Assembly: GCA_000004695.1 (NCBI GenBank) | Contig: CM000153.2 | Coordinates: forward strand, 2,912,001 to 2,976,000 | Length of the DNA: 64,000 nt | Direction: 5' to 3' | Source of the DNA: Dictyostelium discoideum | Lineage: Eukaryota | Shown here: positions 1-13,800 of the stretch, in pieces | Layout of the letters: each line of letters starts with the position of its first letter | Position numbering within the stretch: position 1 is the stretch's first letter | Program-made: the position numbers and the translations under genes | Notes under the pieces: model-generated | The model's input: the letters and a program-made list of their open reading frames with translations, nothing else | Database searches by the model: none | Told to the model about the DNA's origin: nothing

Positions 1-969
1 ATTAATATTATTATTAATATTGTTATTTTAAATTATTTTTTATTTGAAAAAAAAAAAAAAAAAAAAATCGCAATGGTTTTATTATTATAATAACAAAAAG
101 AAAACAATATTTTTTATAATGGAAAATTTGTAGTAGTACAAAAAAAAAAAAAAAAAAAATTTATTGGTATTACAAAATTGTGTTGTTGATATTAAAATTG
201 TTCGGTAATAGAATGATGCAATAAAAAAAAAAAAAAAAGAATCCTAGAATATAAAGGCCAAAATTAAAATAAAAAAAAATAAAAATTAAAATAAAATTAA
301 ATTAAAAAAAAAAAACAATTAAATTTCATTTTTTTTTTTTTTCCAATGTCAACATGTCGCGATTTTTTTCTAACTGAAAAAACCAATCGACTTGGTTAGG
401 TTATCAAAGCCAATTAGGATAAATTTTTTTTAAAAAAATAAAAAAAAAAAAAAAAAAAATTAATAAAAAAAAAAAAAAAAATTAAAATAAACAAAAAACA
501 AGTTTTTTTTTTTAAACTTAAAAAAAAACCGTAAAAATAACAATGCAACAATGATTAGATTTTTTTTTTATTTTTAGATATTTTTAAATTTTTTTTTTTT
601 TTTTAAATAAATATGTAAATAAAGCTAAGCTTAGTTTTTTTTATTTTAAGTGTTAAATATTTTATTTTATTTTATTTTTTTTTTTTTTTATTCTAAAAAT
701 AGATTTTTATTTTAATTTATTTGAGTTTAATTTTTAATTTAATGAACGGAGTGCGCTTGTTCTTCTTACTCGTGCTGTCTGAGTATGAAATCAATGGATT
801 CGTACAGCTGTACTCTTTCAGTGGTGTATCTTTTGTTGGTAAATACATGACTAGTATATGACTTCCAAAGGTGGAGTTTGATGATAGTTATTATACAACC
901 AAGTATAATAAACTGGAGGTTAATCATTAAGTGTGATTTTTTTTTTTAAAAAAAATTTTTAATTTTTTT

Positions 970-1000
<31 letters not shown>

Positions 1001-1005
1001 TAAAT

Positions 1006-2361
1006 TTAAAATGGTTCAATTGATAATAATTTTTTACCTAAATCCGATAAATGAGGTGGTGAATAGTTAACGGTTTCTAAATTTGAAAATTTTTTAGCAA
1101 CATAACTTGGATGTTTTCCAGTTTGATACCAAATTTTTTGAGCCTCTGCGTATTGAATATTTATAGGTACCATTGGTAAATGAGCGGCATAAACCACCTC
1201 TCTAATTGATGGACCGATATGAATTGTATCATTACAATGTGGCATTCTCCAATCCCAAAATAAAACATCACCTCTTTCAATTGGAATATACTTTAATTGA
1301 TCAATTATATCTAAATGTTGACCATCTTGAAAATCATATGCATTACCTCTTTTTAAAATTTCTGTTGGTATTGGTGTTGGTATTTGATGGTCAGATGATG
1401 ATGATGATTGTTGTTGTTGCTGTAATTGAGATTTATGTTGATTAAAATATTTTACACATTTCTTATGAAATTTAGGTATTGTCCAAAAACCACCTTGACC
1501 AGGTTTTGGTGTATCAGTGCAACTAATGAATGCTTGAATTGGTTGCCAAAATCTTAAAGGAATATGTTCAATTTGTTTATCTTTATTTAAATGTTCACCT
1601 CTAAATAAATGAAATGGGTTACAATCTAAATGTAAACCTGTACCTTTTTGAAGTTTAATTTGTTGTTCTATAACTTTATTATTATTATTACTATTACAAT
1701 TACTATTACCATTACCATTACTATCTTCAATGATTGTTGGTATTCTAAAACCACATCTATTTACAAACATAAACATATGTTGTGGATCAAATTCACCATA
1801 TTCATTTGGCCATTCATTTTCATCGTTATAGGATAGATCTAAATCATCTTTGGTGATTGGTGTTGTTGAATAAGTTGATTGGAATAGTTGAACAAAACTA
1901 TCGTATAGATTTTTATCTTCTCTAATTTTATATTCATATTTACCATGATAAAAATTAACCATACCTCCGAATCCATTTGAAACATTTCCCATCTTTAACT
2001 CTTGTTTCCATAATAATTCAGACTCTTGAATTGAACCAATTGTTGTATTACCAAAATCAATGGATGCATTATTCTTTAAATATTCTCTAACTTCAATTTG
2101 ATGATTAGTTAATAATCTATCATCAATTAATTTGCTTTTAACTACAACATATCCATTTTCATTGAAATGTTCTATTTCTTCTTTTGTCAATGGTCCTTTA
2201 TATACAGGTTTCATCATACTATTATCTTGAAATTCCATTGTCGATGTTGGTACTATATTAAATGGTTTACTTAATGTTGTCATTGTTGATAAACCTAAAT
2301 TATTATTATTATTGTAACCACCATTAAATAATTTTTTTGTAATATTTTTAATTTTTAACAT
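1006..2361 (-). CDS. 2OG-Fe(II) oxygenase-like protein (PhyH-like or DUF1479-like fold), 451 aa, apparently single exon
   Basis: Uninterrupted minus-strand ORF starting with ATG. Motifs GLHLDCNP (HxD) and a distal His in RGDVLFWDWRMPHCN fit the 2-His-1-carboxylate oxygenase pattern. Low-complexity N/Q inserts are typical of this genome. The family assignment is from memory of motifs, not a search. Confidence 0.45.
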   Translation of the reverse strand: MLKIKNITKKLFNGGYNNNNNLGLSTMTTLSKPFNIVPTSTMEFQDNSMMKPVYKGPLTKEEIEHFNENGYVVVKSKLIDDRLLTNHQIEVREYLKNNASIDFGNTTIGSIQESELLWKQELKMGNVSNGFGGMVNFYHGKYEYKIREDKNLYDSFVQLFQSTYSTTPITKDDLDLSYNDENEWPNEYGEFDPQHMFMFVNRCGFRIPTIIEDSNGNGNSNCNSNNNNKVIEQQIKLQKGTGLHLDCNPFHLFRGEHLNKDKQIEHIPLRFWQPIQAFISCTDTPKPGQGGFWTIPKFHKKCVKYFNQHKSQLQQQQQSSSSSDHQIPTPIPTEILKRGNAYDFQDGQHLDIIDQLKYIPIERGDVLFWDWRMPHCNDTIHIGPSIREVVYAAHLPMVPINIQYAEAQKIWYQTGKHPSYVAKKFSNLETVNYSPPHLSDLGKKLLSIEPF

Positions 2362-2764
2362 TATATATAGATATCATTTGTAAATTAAAAATTATAATAT
2401 TAATATTAGTAATGAAACAATAAAAAATAAATGAAAATATAAAAATTTTTTTTTTTTTTTTTTCTTTTTTTTTTTTGTCTCATTATTAAAATAAAAAAAA
2501 AATTAAATTTTAAAAAAAAAAAAATCTTTTTGAACAAATAGTTTGTTTTAAACTTCTGAAGGAAAATCTTTATTTGATGTTTATGGTGAAAAAATTACGC
2601 ACTTAAGCCAAAATTAAAATAAAAAAAAATTAAAAAAAATAAAAAAAAATTAAAAAATAAAAATAAAATCTTTATTTGGTGTTTATGAAAAAAAAAATTA
2701 AAAAAAATAAAATTAAAATAGTAATAATAATTAAATTGTTTTATTATATATTAATTTTGAAATT

Positions 2765-2971
2765 ATATGTTTCAATGTGTATTTGATGGGTTTTTTTATA
2801 TTTAATGATGGAATATAGGCTTGAGTGAATAGTATCAGACTCTTATTAGGGAAAAGTCAGATGTGGAAACTGCCTAGGTTTTTTCTCTGCAAACGAAATC
2901 TAAACTCACTAAAGATGGAATCCCTAATGAATCGGATTGAAATCCGAATGCAAGATCTTTTCATAACTTTT
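2765..2971. repeat. Copy 1 of a ~207-bp GC-richer non-coding element of unknown nature
   Basis: Direct near-identical repeat of 3381..3589, differing by a single T. It contains the hairpin cggattgaaatccg and an internal T-run (ctaggttttttct). No long ORF. Confidence 0.7.
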
Positions 2972-3340
2972 AAAATTCAATTCAATTACACTTAAATTAT
3001 AGTTACATATAGTGGATATGTTATGGGAATAAAAAAAAAAAATGAAAATTTTTTTTTTTTATTTTTTTTTCGTTTTTTTTTTCGTTTTTTTTTTTTTCAA
3101 AATTAATAATAAATTAAGGGGGTCACATAGAAAATAAAAAAATAAAAAAGATGACAAACCCACCATCACACTGCATAAAATTACTTTTCACTTTAATGCT
3201 GAAATTATTACATCCAACCCTTATGATAGTGTAATAGTATTTTAAAGTTTGGAAAAACAGTGAAGGTTATGAATTTTATTTACAGTTTTTAAAATATTTT
3301 ATAATTTTTTTTTTTTTTTAAATTTAATAAAGAAATATTG

Positions 3341-3589
3341 GCCGTAGTGAATAGTACCTGACTCTTATAAGAGAAAAACCATATGTTTTCAATGTGTATT
3401 TGATGGGTTTTTTTTTATATTTAATGATGGAATATAGGCTTGAGTGAATAGTATCAGACTCTTATTAGGGAAAAGTCAGATGTGGAAACTGCCTAGGTTT
3501 TTTCTCTGCAAACGAAATCTAAACTCACTAAAGATGGAATCCCTAATGAATCGGATTGAAATCCGAATGCAAGATCTTTTCATAACTTT
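3341..3589. repeat. Partial 40-bp module (3341..3380) plus copy 2 of the ~207-bp element
   Basis: 3341..3380 (gccgtagtgaatagtacctgactcttataagagaaaaacc) resembles the internal segment at 2822..2861. 3381..3589 is near-identical to copy 1. Confidence 0.7.
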
Positions 3590-3676
3590 AAAAAATAATT
3601 TCAACTTTTGCTAAACTAATGTTTTGTCCAAACACTTGTTATGGGTTTTACAAAACTTTTCATTTTTTCATTTTTC

Positions 3677-3744
<68 letters not shown>

Positions 3745-3990
3745 CACCCACTTTTTTTTTGTTTTATTTTATTTTTTAAAGAGGTATAAAAAAAAGAGAC
3801 AGGGGTTGATTTTAAAAATTATAAAAAAAAAGACCTTGTAATTTGTGTTTTTTTATAATTAAATTTAATATTTTCAAAATATCTTAATGTTTGGATATTT
3901 TTTTTTTTTTTTTTATTTTTTTTTTATTTTTTTTATTTTTTTTTTTTTATTTTTTTTTTTTTTTTTGTGAATAAGCAATTTGTTTATAAA

Positions 3991-5295
3991 ATGAGTGATA
4001 TATTTATTGGTGTAATGTCAGGTACATCATTGGATGGTATTGATGTTGTAATTGTTGAATTTAATGATAATGATGATGATATAAAAAGAATAAATGTTAA
4101 ACAAAGTTATTCACATCCAATGCCAATTAATATAAAGAATGATATATTATCAATGTGTCAAGGTCAAAAAACTACATTATCAGAAGTTGGTAATTTAAAT
4201 AGAAGATTAGGTATAGTTTATTCAGAAGCAATAAATGAAGCAATAAAGTTATCATCAATTGATCCAAATTCAATTTCAGCAATTGGATGTCATGGTCAAA
4301 CTGTTTGGCATCAACCACCAACCAGAAAACATGGTGATGATGGTGATAATGATGATAATGATGATGATAATGATGGATTTACAATTCAATTAGGTGATTG
4401 TAATAGAATTGCAACATTAACTGGTATAACTACAATTGGTGATTTTAGAAATAGAGATATTTCATATGGTGGACAAGGTGCACCATTAACACCATCATTT
4501 CATAAATATTCATTATCAAGTTTCAATGAAAATAGAATCATTTTAAATATTGGTGGAATTTCTAATATAACTTTATTACCATCATTATCATCATCATCAT
4601 CATCATCAAATAATATTCAAGTTACAGGATTTGATACAGGAGCAGGTAATATTTTATTAGATAGTTGGATTCAATTAAAAAAGGATGGTACACCATATGA
4701 TAAAGATGGTGAATGGGCAAATCAAGGAAATGTAAATGAAAAACTTTTAAAATCATTATATGATCATAGTGATTCATTTTTAAATAAATTACCACCAAAA
4801 TCAACTGGTCGTGAATTGTTTAATATTCAATGGTTATTAAATGTAATTGAATCAATTAAAAATGATGATGATGATAATGATAATGATAATATTATTATAA
4901 AAGATGAAGATGTTCAAGCAACACTATTAGAATTTACATGTAAAACAATAGTTGATGAAATTAAAAAAATTAAAATTTGTAAAATTGATAGAGTTTTAGT
5001 TTGTGGAGGTGGTAGTAAAAATAAATTATTAATGGATAAACTTTCTAGATTATTAAAAAAAGATGAAAATGAAAATGGATGTGGTGGTAGTGTTAGTAGC
5101 GGTAGTAGTGGTAGTTGTAAACTTTCAATAACTGATGAATTTGGTATCAGTAGTCAAGATATGGAGGCAATTGCATTTGCATGGTTTGCAAAAAGAACTT
5201 TAAATAATCAACCTTCAAATTTAATAAGTGTGACTGGTGCTTCAAAAGAAACAATCTTGGGTGCAATTTATTTAAAAAATAATTTTAATAATTGA
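3991..5295 (+). CDS. Anhydro-N-acetylmuramic acid kinase / levoglucosan kinase family (AnmK, UPF0075) protein
   Basis: The first ATG is at 3991; the track start at 3967 is a GTG. The N-terminus IGVMSGTSLDGIDVVIV matches the AnmK signature GxMSGTSxDGID. C-terminal motifs VLVCGGGSKN and EAIAFAWFAKRTL are also present. Acidic D/N low-complexity inserts. Single exon. Confidence 0.8.
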   Translation: MSDIFIGVMSGTSLDGIDVVIVEFNDNDDDIKRINVKQSYSHPMPINIKNDILSMCQGQKTTLSEVGNLNRRLGIVYSEAINEAIKLSSIDPNSISAIGCHGQTVWHQPPTRKHGDDGDNDDNDDDNDGFTIQLGDCNRIATLTGITTIGDFRNRDISYGGQGAPLTPSFHKYSLSSFNENRIILNIGGISNITLLPSLSSSSSSSNNIQVTGFDTGAGNILLDSWIQLKKDGTPYDKDGEWANQGNVNEKLLKSLYDHSDSFLNKLPPKSTGRELFNIQWLLNVIESIKNDDDDNDNDNIIIKDEDVQATLLEFTCKTIVDEIKKIKICKIDRVLVCGGGSKNKLLMDKLSRLLKKDENENGCGGSVSSGSSGSCKLSITDEFGISSQDMEAIAFAWFAKRTLNNQPSNLISVTGASKETILGAIYLKNNFNN

Positions 5296-6326
5296 TTAAA
5301 AAAAAGAAAAAAAAAAAATAATGAAAAAAAAAAAAAAAAAAAGGAAAAGGTTGTGGTGTAAAATTTGTAAATTGTTTAAGTGTTCGATAAAAATAATAAA
5401 AAATAAAAAATTAAAAAATCAAGTAGGGTGTGTGTGTTGTTGTTGTTAATGATCAATCAAATTGAATTTAATTTCGATGGGTGAGTAAACACACACCAAA
5501 AATGTGGGTGAAAGTGTGGAATATTCATAATTTTTAAAAAACTAAGATCATAAACAAAATAAATAAATAAAAAAATAATTAAAAAAAAAAAAAAAAAAAA
5601 AATTATAAAAATGATTGGTTTACTAAGGTATTAAGAATTAAATATCAACATAAATTGTGCTAAAAATAGAATTTCAAAAAAAAAAAAAAAAAAAAAAATG
5701 GTTGTTGAAAATTTTCCATTTACACACACACAAAAAGAAATGATGATTTTTATTTTATTTTTTTTTTAAATTGATTAAGATTTTTTTTTTATTATATACA
5801 TATACATATTTAAAAAATTTTAATTTAAAAAAATAAATTAAAAAATAAAAAGATGATTTTAATAATTGATTTATAAAAAAAAAAAAAAAAATAATAATAA
5901 TAATAATAATAATATAAAATTTTAATTATTATAATGATTAAAAAATAAAAAGAATAAAAAAAAATCAATTTTACTACAATAAAATTCATTTTAATATAGA
6001 GTGAAATAAAAAGCATCGATTCATAATCTAGTGATAATACCATTGGTACAAACTAAGAATTTTATTTTTAAATAATCTCAAAAAGTGAGATTAAAAATCA
6101 CCGAACTTGAGATTAAAAAAATATTTATTTTCCTTTTTATTTTGATTTTACTAATAATTTATTATATTAAATCAACAATAACAACAACAACACAACCACA
6201 ACCACAATAACAAAAACAACAACAACCACAACCACAATAACAAAAAATCACTTCCCCAATAATCAACACACTCAAAAAACTTTACACCCTTCTCTACCCA
6301 CTATTACCATTTGGGTGTTTTTATTA

Positions 6327-6361
<35 letters not shown>

Positions 6362-6762
6362 ATAATAGTAGTATAATATAATATATAGTACACAGTGGTG
6401 CTTTTTTGTGGTGATGTGGTTGTACCAACACTATCAAAACTTTTTTATATGTGTGTGTTAAAATAAAAAATAATAATAATAATAATAATAATAAGTAATA
6501 ATAATAATAATAATTAAATTAAAATTTTTTTTTTTTATTTTTAATTATATTTATTTTTAATTTTTGATTTATTATTTTTAATAAAAATTTACAAATAAAA
6601 AAATAATTATAAATACATTTTTTAAATATTTTTTTTGTAATTGACATATTTAAATCTTTATTAAATATAATCAAACACACTCCAACACACACATTTAAAA
6701 TTTTTACTTAATAAACATACATATAATTTTTAAGAGTAATTATATTTATTAAGATATATAAA

Positions 6763-6806
<44 letters not shown>

Positions 6807-7192
6807 TACCAATAACAACAATAATAACATTTAATAACAAATCTACTCTACATATACTTTTTTTAACTCTCTTTACTACAAATAATTAATATATAATAAA
6901 TTTAATTTTAAAAATTTAAATATATATATTATTATCAAAAATTTTATTTATTTAATTATTTAAAATTAAAATTAATTAATTTTTAATTTAATAATTTTTT
7001 TTTTTTTTCCTTAAAAATAAAAAAAAAAATTTTTTTTTCTTTTCCTTTTTTTTTAATCCATTAAAATTTAATACCCACAATTTAAAAAAAAAAAAATATA
7101 TAATTTCAAAATATACGCAAATATAGGCTAAAAAAACAAAAATAATTTTTTAATTTTTATTTAAAAAAAAAACCTTATTCCTATTTTTTGGT

Positions 7193-7292
7193 NNNNNNNN
7201 NNNNNNNNNNNNNNNNNNNNNNNNNNNNNNNNNNNNNNNNNNNNNNNNNNNNNNNNNNNNNNNNNNNNNNNNNNNNNNNNNNNNNNNNNNNN
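7193..7292. other. Assembly gap (100 N)
   Basis: A run of exactly 100 n characters. The flanking ORFs containing X residues are artifacts. Confidence 0.99.
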
Positions 7293-7304
7293 AAAAAATA
7301 TATA

Positions 7305-7342
<38 letters not shown>

Positions 7343-7388
7343 AAATAATTATAATAATAATAATAATAATATAATATATAAATAAAAA

Positions 7389-8363
<975 letters not shown>

Positions 8364-8712
8364 TCTATTTAATAATTTAATATAATAATAAATATTTAAA
8401 ACTGGTAGCGAAATAAATAAAAGATAAAAATATATTTTTTAATCTATCTTTTAAAAGAAAAACTTGTTTACTTTTTTTTTTTATTTTATTTTTTTTTTTT
8501 TATTATTTTTATTTTTATTATTATTATTATTTTTATTTTTATAATTATAATTATTTTTATTATTATTATTACAGCTAGTTGAAAAATAATCAAAGATAGG
8601 TTTTTGTTTCTCTTGTAATTATTATTATATTATTATTTTTATAATTATTATTTGGATTATTTTATTTATTAATATCGTTATTTTTTGGTTTAATAATAAT
8701 TATTTATTACCC

Positions 8713-8755
<43 letters not shown>

Positions 8756-8796
8756 GTCCAAAGTTACATAAAATATATATATAATATTGAGAGAGG

Positions 8797-8837
<41 letters not shown>

Positions 8838-9849
8838 AAATAAATAAATTAATTAAATAATCAATTAATTTATTTATTTATTTATTTAATAGTTATTTCT
8901 TAATTCCAACAAAACCAATTGACTCAACTTTTTGAATTTTTTTCAATCCAACGGCTAAAAAAAAAAAAAAAATTTAAAAAAAAATAAAAAATGTGTAAAA
9001 AAATTTAAAAAAAATAAAAAATGTGTAAAAAAATTTAAAAAAAAAAAAAAAAAGTGAAGGATAAAAAAAAAAAAAAAAAAAAAAAATTATATAAAATAAA
9101 ATCAATCCCTTTTTTGGAGGTTCCCGAATAGAATATTTTAGAATGTATAACATAAATAAATAAATAAAATAAAAATAAAATAAAATAAAAAATAAAATAA
9201 AATAAATAAAAAAAATTAAAAAGAAAATAGAAAAAAAAAAAAAAAAAATTAAAAAAATAAAAAAAACCAACTCGCCACATAAAAATTTCAAATTTTTTTT
9301 TTTTTTAAATTTTTTTTTTTATAAATTTTTTTTTTTTTTTTTTTACTCATAAAAATTTTTTGTTTGTTATTCAACTAAAAAAAAAAAAAAAAAAAAAAAA
9401 TAAAAAATAAAAAAAACTTTTTTTTAAATTAAAACTACGCGCGATCTATCTCCCCACACTTTTTTCATTAAACAAGTAATTAATTGGTTTAAACCAGGAG
9501 AAAGAACAAACAAAAGTTTATTTCACTCTATTTCAATTTATTTATATATATACATATTTTTTTTTTTTTTTTGTAAATTTTCATTCATTCATTCATCCAT
9601 TCATTCAAACAAATAATAATAAATAATATTATATATGTACTAAAAAAATAAAATAAAAATAAAACAAAAACAAAAACAAAAACAAAAAAGAATCAAATTA
9701 AAGCAAACACAATCAAATTTAGAAAACTAATTTCATTCGATTTGTTTGTTTTTCATTTTTTTTTTTAAAAATTTAATTTATAAAAAAAAAAAAATAAAAA
9801 AAAAGTTCCCACTTCCATCAATTTATTTTTAAAAAAAAAAATCAAAGCA

Positions 9850-10740
9850 ATGACACCACCTAATGTCCCCGATGTTGGTAAGATTTCAATTTAACTATTT
9901 TTACATATTTTTATTTTTTTTATTTTTCTCAAAAAGAAACTAACAACTTTTTTTTTTTTTTTTTTTTTTTTCTATCTCTTTCTGTAAACACAGAAATGGG
10001 TATTGATAGAGTTAATAATGAAGATGATTCATTAAATAATATTTATAATCCATCAAAAGATCCAAATTATATAAAGTTAGTAAATGTAAGCTATTATTAT
10101 TATTATTTTTTTTTATTTTTTTATCATATAGTTTTTTATTATTTTTTATAAAGTATGTTAACAACAACAATAATTAAAAATTAATATTATATCTAGGTTT
10201 TAACTGAACTTAAATCAAATGGAATTAGTGATTCTGATCCAACATTTACTTCAATCTTACAAATTACTAAACTATATTTAATGAATAAAACTAATAGTGG
10301 TATCAATAATAATGGTGTCAATAATAATAATGGTAATAACAATAGTAATAATGATAATATAGTTGAATTATTTAAAGCACAAGTTGAATCATATAAATAT
10401 ATATCTAGAAATTTACCAATACCAGTTGGAGTTTTACAAAAGATGTCACCAATTTTAGAGAATTCACCACATGTACCATCATTTAAAGAGGAATTATTAA
10501 ATTTGAAATATTATCCAAAGGGATTAATTAAATTGGATCAAAATAATAACCCTATCACTACAAACACAATGGCATATCAACAATTGAGTTGTAACCAAAG
10601 AATGATTCAACAACAAAAAGAGAGAATACAACAAGAACAACAACAAGCACAACAACAAGAGCAAATTAGAATTTTACTACAAGAGAAACAATTAAGACAA
10701 ACTGAAACTTTAAATAATACAAATAATAATAACAATAATA

Positions 10741-10829
<89 letters not shown>

Positions 10830-10847
10830 AGCGCAAATGGTAATAAT

Positions 10848-10880
<33 letters not shown>

Positions 10881-13800
10881 ACAAACACAAATGGTAATAA
10901 TAATAATAATAATAATAATGAAATTGAAACATTAACAAAAGAAGAAGAATTAGAAAAAGAAAAAGAAATACAAAGATTAAGAGATTTACAAAAACCAATA
11001 ATTTATAAGAGTTGTATACCAGCAAGTGTTGAAAATATTAAAGGTTTACCAGAGGCTATTCATTCTATAAATGAGAGAGAAATGAAAATTCAAGCAAAAG
11101 TGATAACACGTATTGATGAATTGAAGGAGATACCAACTCATTATTTACCAACTGATGTTAGAATTAGATCAGAGATTGAGAGTAAACAATTGAAACTATT
11201 GGAATTACAAAGAAAACTTCGTAATGATGTATCGTTAGAGATGGAGGATCAAGTATTGATACGTTCAATTCAAAACAATAGCAAGGGATATGATGACAAT
11301 GATTACAATCTCTACGTACGTTCAATTCCACGTTTAATCAATAGACCTATCGATCAAACTAGTTCAATCTACGATACTACTACAACTCAATTACCAGAGA
11401 GTATATTGGTGACAAATAAAAAGAAATTCTTGGAAGCAATTGCAATTCATGCAAGAGATTTCAAAGTGTTTCATAGTAACAATGAGAAATTTCTTCGTCA
11501 AAATGTTATCAAAGCAATACATCGTTATCATAAAGAGAAAGAAAAGAGAGAGATTGAACGTTTATCAAAGGAACGTATTCGTTTACTTAAAGCACGTGAT
11601 ACCGAAGGTTATAGAGATCTTTTAGCAAAAACAAAGAATGAACGTTTAGAAATGCTTTTAGGTGAAACTGATTCCCTCTTAAGTAGTATTCATCAATTAA
11701 TGGAAAAAGAACAAACTGAAAAAAGAGCACGTGAATTAGAAGAAGAATTAAAACAAAATGAAGAACAATTAAATGATCATAATGGTACAAATACTAATAA
11801 CAACAATACCACCACCACTACCACCACTACTTCTACTACAACATCAACATCATTATCAAATGAAGGTCAACCAATTGCAAATATAACTTCACCACTCCAA
11901 TCAACTACAACTATTTTAGCAAAGAAATCAAATAATTTAGTGATTGAACAACCAGATCTTATGACTGGTGGTAAATTAAAAGAATATCAAGTAACTGGTT
12001 TAGAATGGTTAATTTCATTGTATACACGTAATTTAAATGGTATTTTAGCCGATGAAATGGGTCTTGGTAAAACTGTACAAACCATTGCATTCATTTCATT
12101 CCTTTATGAACGTATGAATGTTAGAGAGCCATTCTTGGTAGTAGCACCATTGTCAACCATTAGTAATTGGGTATCAGAGTTTGCACGTTGGTCACCAAAA
12201 CTTCATGTGATCGTTTACAAGGGTAAACAAGATGAGAGAAGAGAGACAGCAAGAACCATACCAAGGAATGCATTTTGTGTAGTTATCACCTCTTTTGAAT
12301 ATATCATAAAGGATAGAAAAACATTGGGTAGGGTTCATTGGATCTATATTATCATTGATGAAGGTCATCGTATCAAAAATAAAAATAGTAAACTCTCTGT
12401 ACAATTACGTCAATATCATAGTAGAAATAGATTACTACTCACAGGTACACCATTACAAAATGATTTGGGTGAGTTGTGGGCATTGTTAAACTTTTTGTTA
12501 CCAACTATTTTCAATTCAGCTGATACTTTCCAAAATTGGTTCAATGCACCATTCCAAGCAAAGGGTAAGAATTTAATCAATGTCAACGAAGAGGAGTCTT
12601 TGATCATTATCAATCGTCTCCATCAAGTTTTAAGATTTTTCTTATTACGTCGTTTGAAATCAGATGTAGAGAGCCAACTTCCAGACAAGAAGGAAAAAGT
12701 TATCAAATGTAATATGAGTGCACTTCAAATTGCAATGTATAGATCATTGGTAGAGTATGGTGTACTCCCAATCGATCCAGATTCAAAGGAGGGTAGAAGT
12801 GGAAGATTGAAAATGAAAGGTTTCAATAATATCGTTAAACAACTTCAAAAGATTTGCAATCATCCTTACCTCTTTAAAGATGAATGGGATATCAATGAGG
12901 ATCTCATTAGAACCAGTGGTAAATTCGATACTATGGACCAAATTCTAACGAAAATGCATGCCTCCAAACATCGTGTTCTCATTTTCACTCAAATGACAGA
13001 GGTTATCAATCTAATGGAGGAGTATTTCTCTTTGAAAGAATGGACTTTTCTTCGTTTGGATGGTTCAACTAAACCAGAGGAACGTGCTCATTTGGTTGTC
13101 GAATGGAATCGTCCTGATTCACCATTTTGGATTTTCGTACTCTCAACTCATGCCGGTGGTTTAGGTATGAATTTACAAACTGCCGATACTGTAATCATTT
13201 TCGATTCCGATTGGAATCCACAAATGGATCTTCAAGCTCAAGATAGATGTCATCGTATTGGTCAAACTAATTCTGTGTCGGTGTTTCGTTTAATCTCTGC
13301 CAACTCTATCGAAGAGAAAATTCTAGGTAGAGCCACCGATAAATTGGAGATCGATGCAAAGATTATTCAAGCCGGTATGTTTAACACTCATTCCAACGAT
13401 CAAGAAAGACGTGCAAAATTGGAACAATTCCTTCATGGTTTCCCCAATAATACTTTGGATGAAGTACCAGTGGATCTAAAGGAAATCAATAAATTGATTG
13501 CTCGTGATGACTTTGAATTCAAACAATTCCAAGAGATGGATAAAGAACGTTTGAAAGTGGATCAAGCAAATTCAAAGAAAACTAGACAACCAATTAAACC
13601 ACGTCTAATGATCGAAAAAGAATTACCTGAATGGGTTTTGGCAACTCCTGTCACCGATAAGGATGAAGATATCGCTGGTAAGAAACGTTCAACCGCCATT
13701 GCTTCTGCCAATAGTTTTGTTCATGATAATTTAACCGATAATCAATATGCTAGAATGATTGAAAAGAATATGACCTTTGAACAGTATAAAGCTCATTTAG

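Noticed and set aside
2819-2861. The ggcttgagtgaatagtatcagactcttattagggaaaag motif looked at first like the 5' half of a tRNA, and also faintly like U2 or U5 snRNA segments
   Set aside because: No 7-bp acceptor stem, no G18G19, and a non-canonical T-loop (TTGAAAT with G at position 56). It lacks the U2 5' GCUUCUCGGCC and the U5 CUUUUAC loop.
3641-3841. Poly-F ORF, and similar poly-F/K ORFs at 5825..6043, 8974..9291, 38276..38824, 44831..45067 and 55198..55503
   Set aside because: Translations of homopolymer T/A runs in AT-rich intergenic DNA.
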